From Candidatus Micrarchaeota archaeon (GTDB taxonomy: Archaea; B1Sed10-29; JAJRYS01), in contig CAZBZN010000013.1 of NCBI GenBank assembly GCA_964496415.1, forward strand, positions 414-18,420: 18,007 bases of DNA, given 5' to 3'. Shown here in pieces: positions 15,918 through 18,007 of the stretch. The translations under genes were made by a program, and so were the position numbers. Under the pieces are notes generated by a model that worked only from the letters and a program-made list of their open reading frames with translations, was not told the DNA's origin and ran no database searches. Numbering within the stretch: position 1 is the first letter of the stretch; every line of letters starts with the position of its first letter.

Positions 15918-15939
15918 TTTTTATACCTTACGAAAAATG
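15918..15939 (-). promoter_or_regulatory. BRE/TATA-like element upstream of the abrB-like ORF and tRNA-Asn
   Basis: Minus strand CATTTTTCGTAAGGTATAAAAA; resembles part of the repeat flanking ATPase 2. Confidence 0.5.
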
Positions 15940-15994
15940 GGAAAACCAGCAATTCTCAGAAAATATGCTCTTATTTCAATGATCACAATTATCT

Positions 15995-16048
15995 TACTTT
16001 TCTTGGATAATACTCCATGATTGGTTCTACTATTTTTTCATATTCAAA
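15995..16048 (+). repeat. ~50-bp direct repeat, left copy (flanks TA pair)
   Basis: TTGGATAaTACTCCATGATTGGTTCTACTATTttttCATATTCAAA; 24-bp exact core at 16011-16034. Confidence 0.92.
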
Positions 16049-16066
16049 ATCTTTTGGTTAAGGTTC

Positions 16067-16393
16067 TCAACAAGGAACCACGATAGGGCTTACTATTTCC
16101 TTCTCAGGCTTAATTTTTAGAAAGATCTTCACGATTAAGGAGTTCTGGATTTTTGAAACTTCAACAACAGCTTGGGAAATCTTCTCCAAGTCACTTTTAG
16201 AAACTTTAACCCCTGAAATTTTACTAAGAAGTCTAGAAGCACCCTGAACCTCAACACCAACAACTTTGCCATCAGCATCAATGTCAAGAACAACATCACC
16301 AAATTCAACACTAGCTGAAGATTTTTTTCTACTTAAGTAAATGAACAAGTCATCAATTTTTCTATCATAGCTTATACTGAACTTTCTTCGCAT
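16067..16393 (-). CDS. DUF2283-like protein (putative antitoxin)
   Basis: MRRKFSISYDRKIDDLFIYL...GDVVLDIDADGKVVGVEVQGASRLL fits the YD..D..YI / lD.d..G.vvGiEi..AS pattern. ATG 16393 overlaps the end of the upstream gene. Confidence 0.85.
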   Translation of the reverse strand: MRRKFSISYDRKIDDLFIYLSRKKSSASVEFGDVVLDIDADGKVVGVEVQGASRLLSKISGVKVSKSDLEKISQAVVEVSKIQNSLIVKIFLKIKPEKEIVSPIVVPC

Positions 16394-16706
16394 ATCTATC
16401 AACCCTCTTTTGCCACTTCCTACCAATCTTAATGGCAGTAACTACTAAACATTTATCATTTATAATTATACCATATACATGCCCTCTTCTTTTACTTTTC
16501 TCAAAAAAACAATCATAATGCTTTTCTTTAGCATCTCGGACTCTCACAAAAACCAACTTAGCGGGATTAATGATGTCATTGATTACATCTTTTCTCGAAA
16601 TTTGCCGATGATCCATTTGAACCAAACTATGCTTTGTAAAAATTATGTCCTCTTCCTTATATTTTGCTAATTTCTTTTTCATTTCTGGAACATCCACAAG
16701 AACCAC
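16365..16706 (-). CDS. DUF4258-like basic protein (putative RelE/BrnT-fold RNase toxin)
   Basis: IIFTKHSLVQMDHRQISRKDVINDIINP...LVVTA; very basic; coupled to the DUF2283-like gene. Start is GTG 16706 or ATG 16682. Confidence 0.78.
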   Translation of the reverse strand: MVLVDVPEMKKKLAKYKEEDIIFTKHSLVQMDHRQISRKDVINDIINPAKLVFVRVRDAKEKHYDCFFEKSKRRGHVYGIIINDKCLVVTAIKIGRKWQKRVDRYAKKVQYKL

Positions 16707-16828
16707 TTTTACAATATCATTTGCTTTTAATTGAAACCAAGCCCTGATTTAAGCATTATTACAACACACTTAGGATGCTGCTAGTTGCGTTCAGCGCAAA
16801 CCAAGAACTGGTTTTAACTAATTTAATC

Positions 16829-16877
16829 TACTTTTTTGGATAGTACTCCATGATTGGTTCTACTATTCATATTCAAA
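16829..16877 (+). repeat. ~50-bp direct repeat, right copy (flanks TA pair)
   Basis: TTGGATAgTACTCCATGATTGGTTCTACTATT----CATATTCAAA; exact core at 16844-16867. Confidence 0.92.
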
Positions 16878-16903
16878 CCTTTCTATTAAAAACTAGAAGT
16901 AAT

Positions 16904-17620
16904 CTAACGTTTTCTAAGCAAGACAACCACGGCAATCATAAGCAAAGCTAGTACTATAAGGAGAACAAAGACGGTGTTGCTAGTGGTTTTATGATTTTCA
17001 GAAGCATTACTGAAATTTTCAAGGTCATTCCATACAATGTTAACCATTACAGGAGCACAATAAGGCCTAGGCATCAAAGAGCATTCTTTAGTCTTATTAC
17101 TGAATTCACTGAAGACAAAACCAGTCCAGTTACCCCTATGTGCTACGGCATAATAATAATCGCAAGTAGAGAGGTCACTGTTAACCTTAGAAGCATTCTT
17201 CAAAAACTCCGCGTACTCTTGATCAGTCTGCTTTATCACTGAATAGCCGTTAGACAAAAAATCAGCAATTATCTCAATATCTTCATCTGAAAGCTGTGAA
17301 GTCCTCACGTAAACCCACTTAGCACACTCGCCATCAGAACAATTAACCTCTCTAGTAACACACTCGCTCCAGCCAGGAGTATTTTTATCCGCAAGACAAG
17401 AATAGTTTTTGAAAGCCTGCAAGCGTTCCATAATTTTAGTCTTGTTAAAAGGCAATGAAGGGTAAAAAGCATAACACTCACGCAACCCAGCTGCTGTTGA
17501 CGAATTAACCAACACGCACTCAGGCTCGCTGAACAAGTCAGCATTAGGAATACTAATACATGCTAACCCAACCGAAAACAACACGAGAGCAAACACGCAG
17601 GTCAATGCAAGCCTCATCAT
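16904..17620 (-). CDS. Cys-rich secreted protein with C-terminal membrane anchor
   Basis: Signal peptide MMRLALTCVFALVLFSVGLA, 10 Cys in the predicted mature part, multiple N-x-S/T sequons, C-terminal TM helix plus RKR. TATA-like TTTTTATA about 25 nt upstream. Confidence 0.8.
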   Translation of the reverse strand: MMRLALTCVFALVLFSVGLACISIPNADLFSEPECVLVNSSTAAGLRECYAFYPSLPFNKTKIMERLQAFKNYSCLADKNTPGWSECVTREVNCSDGECAKWVYVRTSQLSDEDIEIIADFLSNGYSVIKQTDQEYAEFLKNASKVNSDLSTCDYYYAVAHRGNWTGFVFSEFSNKTKECSLMPRPYCAPVMVNIVWNDLENFSNASENHKTTSNTVFVLLIVLALLMIAVVVLLRKR

Positions 17621-17683
17621 AAACAATAAGAGCAGGAGGAGTATAAAAAGGTAGGGATTTTGTTAGGTGAAGACCTAACGTTT

Positions 17684-17719
17684 GAAAATCAGCACTTGCG
17701 GGAAAATCAGCACTTGCGG
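17684..17719. repeat. Perfect 18-bp tandem duplication
   Basis: GAAAATCAGCACTTGCGG at 17684-17701 and 17702-17719. Confidence 0.95.
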
Positions 17720-17908
17720 AAAGGAGATGGTAAGGATAGTTAAAATAACAAAGCAAAAAGAGTTAAGTAAGGAAATTGCGCTATTTCAGTCGTTTTTTGT
17801 TAGGAAATAAAACATTATTTTTATATGTTTGAAAACACATGGTATAATGCGTAAAAATTTTCGAATCACTGCAAATGTGAGCCTAATAAGAAAATAGGAG
17901 GGGAGTAC

Positions 17909-18007
17909 ATGTTAAGCATTATTGAAATAGCAAAATACTTAGTGGTGTTTTTAATTTCAGCGATAATATCAGACGCCCTTTTTACAGGAGGTAAAGGTTG
18001 GGCAAAA
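17909..18007 (+). CDS. Start of a probable membrane protein (runs off the window)
   Basis: AGGAGGGGAG immediately upstream; MLSIIEIAKYLVVFLISAIISDALFTGGKGWAK, open to the window end. Confidence 0.6.
   Translation, partial: MLSIIEIAKYLVVFLISAIISDALFTGGKGWAK

Noticed and set aside
677..17544. Short antisense or nested ORFs (677, 4209, 4460, 7309, 8578, 9193, 9718, 10481, 11838, 13050, 13461, 14879, 16479, 16991, 17305)
   Set aside because: They are shadows of well-supported genes and have no recognisable motifs.
17555..17575. Lipobox in the Cys-rich protein (VGLAC)
   Set aside because: Poor fit to [LVI][ASTVI][GAS]C. The protein already has a C-terminal anchor, and an even mature Cys count favours disulfides.
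17553..17756. 67-aa ORF with a SASADF/PASADF repeat
   Set aside because: The peptide repeat is only the 18-bp DNA duplication, and the ORF overlaps the promoter and start of the Cys-rich gene.
17829..17848. Bacterial sigma70-like promoter (TTGAAA...TGGTATAAT)
   Set aside because: The spacing is only 8 nt, and such hexamers are expected by chance in AT-rich archaeal DNA.

Overview
AT-rich, compact archaeal window. Archaeal-type TrpRS, TATA/BRE-like promoters and GGTG/GGAGG ribosome-binding sites support Archaea; a DPANN-type lineage is my inference. Housekeeping and metabolic genes are trpS, a tungsten-family aldehyde:ferredoxin oxidoreductase and gatC-gatA-gatB, with an atypical tRNA-Asn(GUU) just upstream. 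There are four secreted or surface-protein genes. Accessory genes are two paralogous AAA_14/DUF4143-type ATPases, an ASCH protein, a DUF4258/DUF2283-type toxin-antitoxin pair, a small AbrB-like ORF and two disrupted genes (a zinc deaminase and an SGNH hydrolase). The most striking signal is non-coding. ATPase 1 is bracketed on both sides by tandem pairs of 32-bp (13-6-13) palindromes. ATPase 2 is bracketed by a 25-bp direct repeat and preceded by a different palindrome pair with the same 32-bp period. The TA pair is bracketed by a ~50-bp direct repeat. No integrase or transposase is visible. Family names come from motif recognition by eye, not from database searches.
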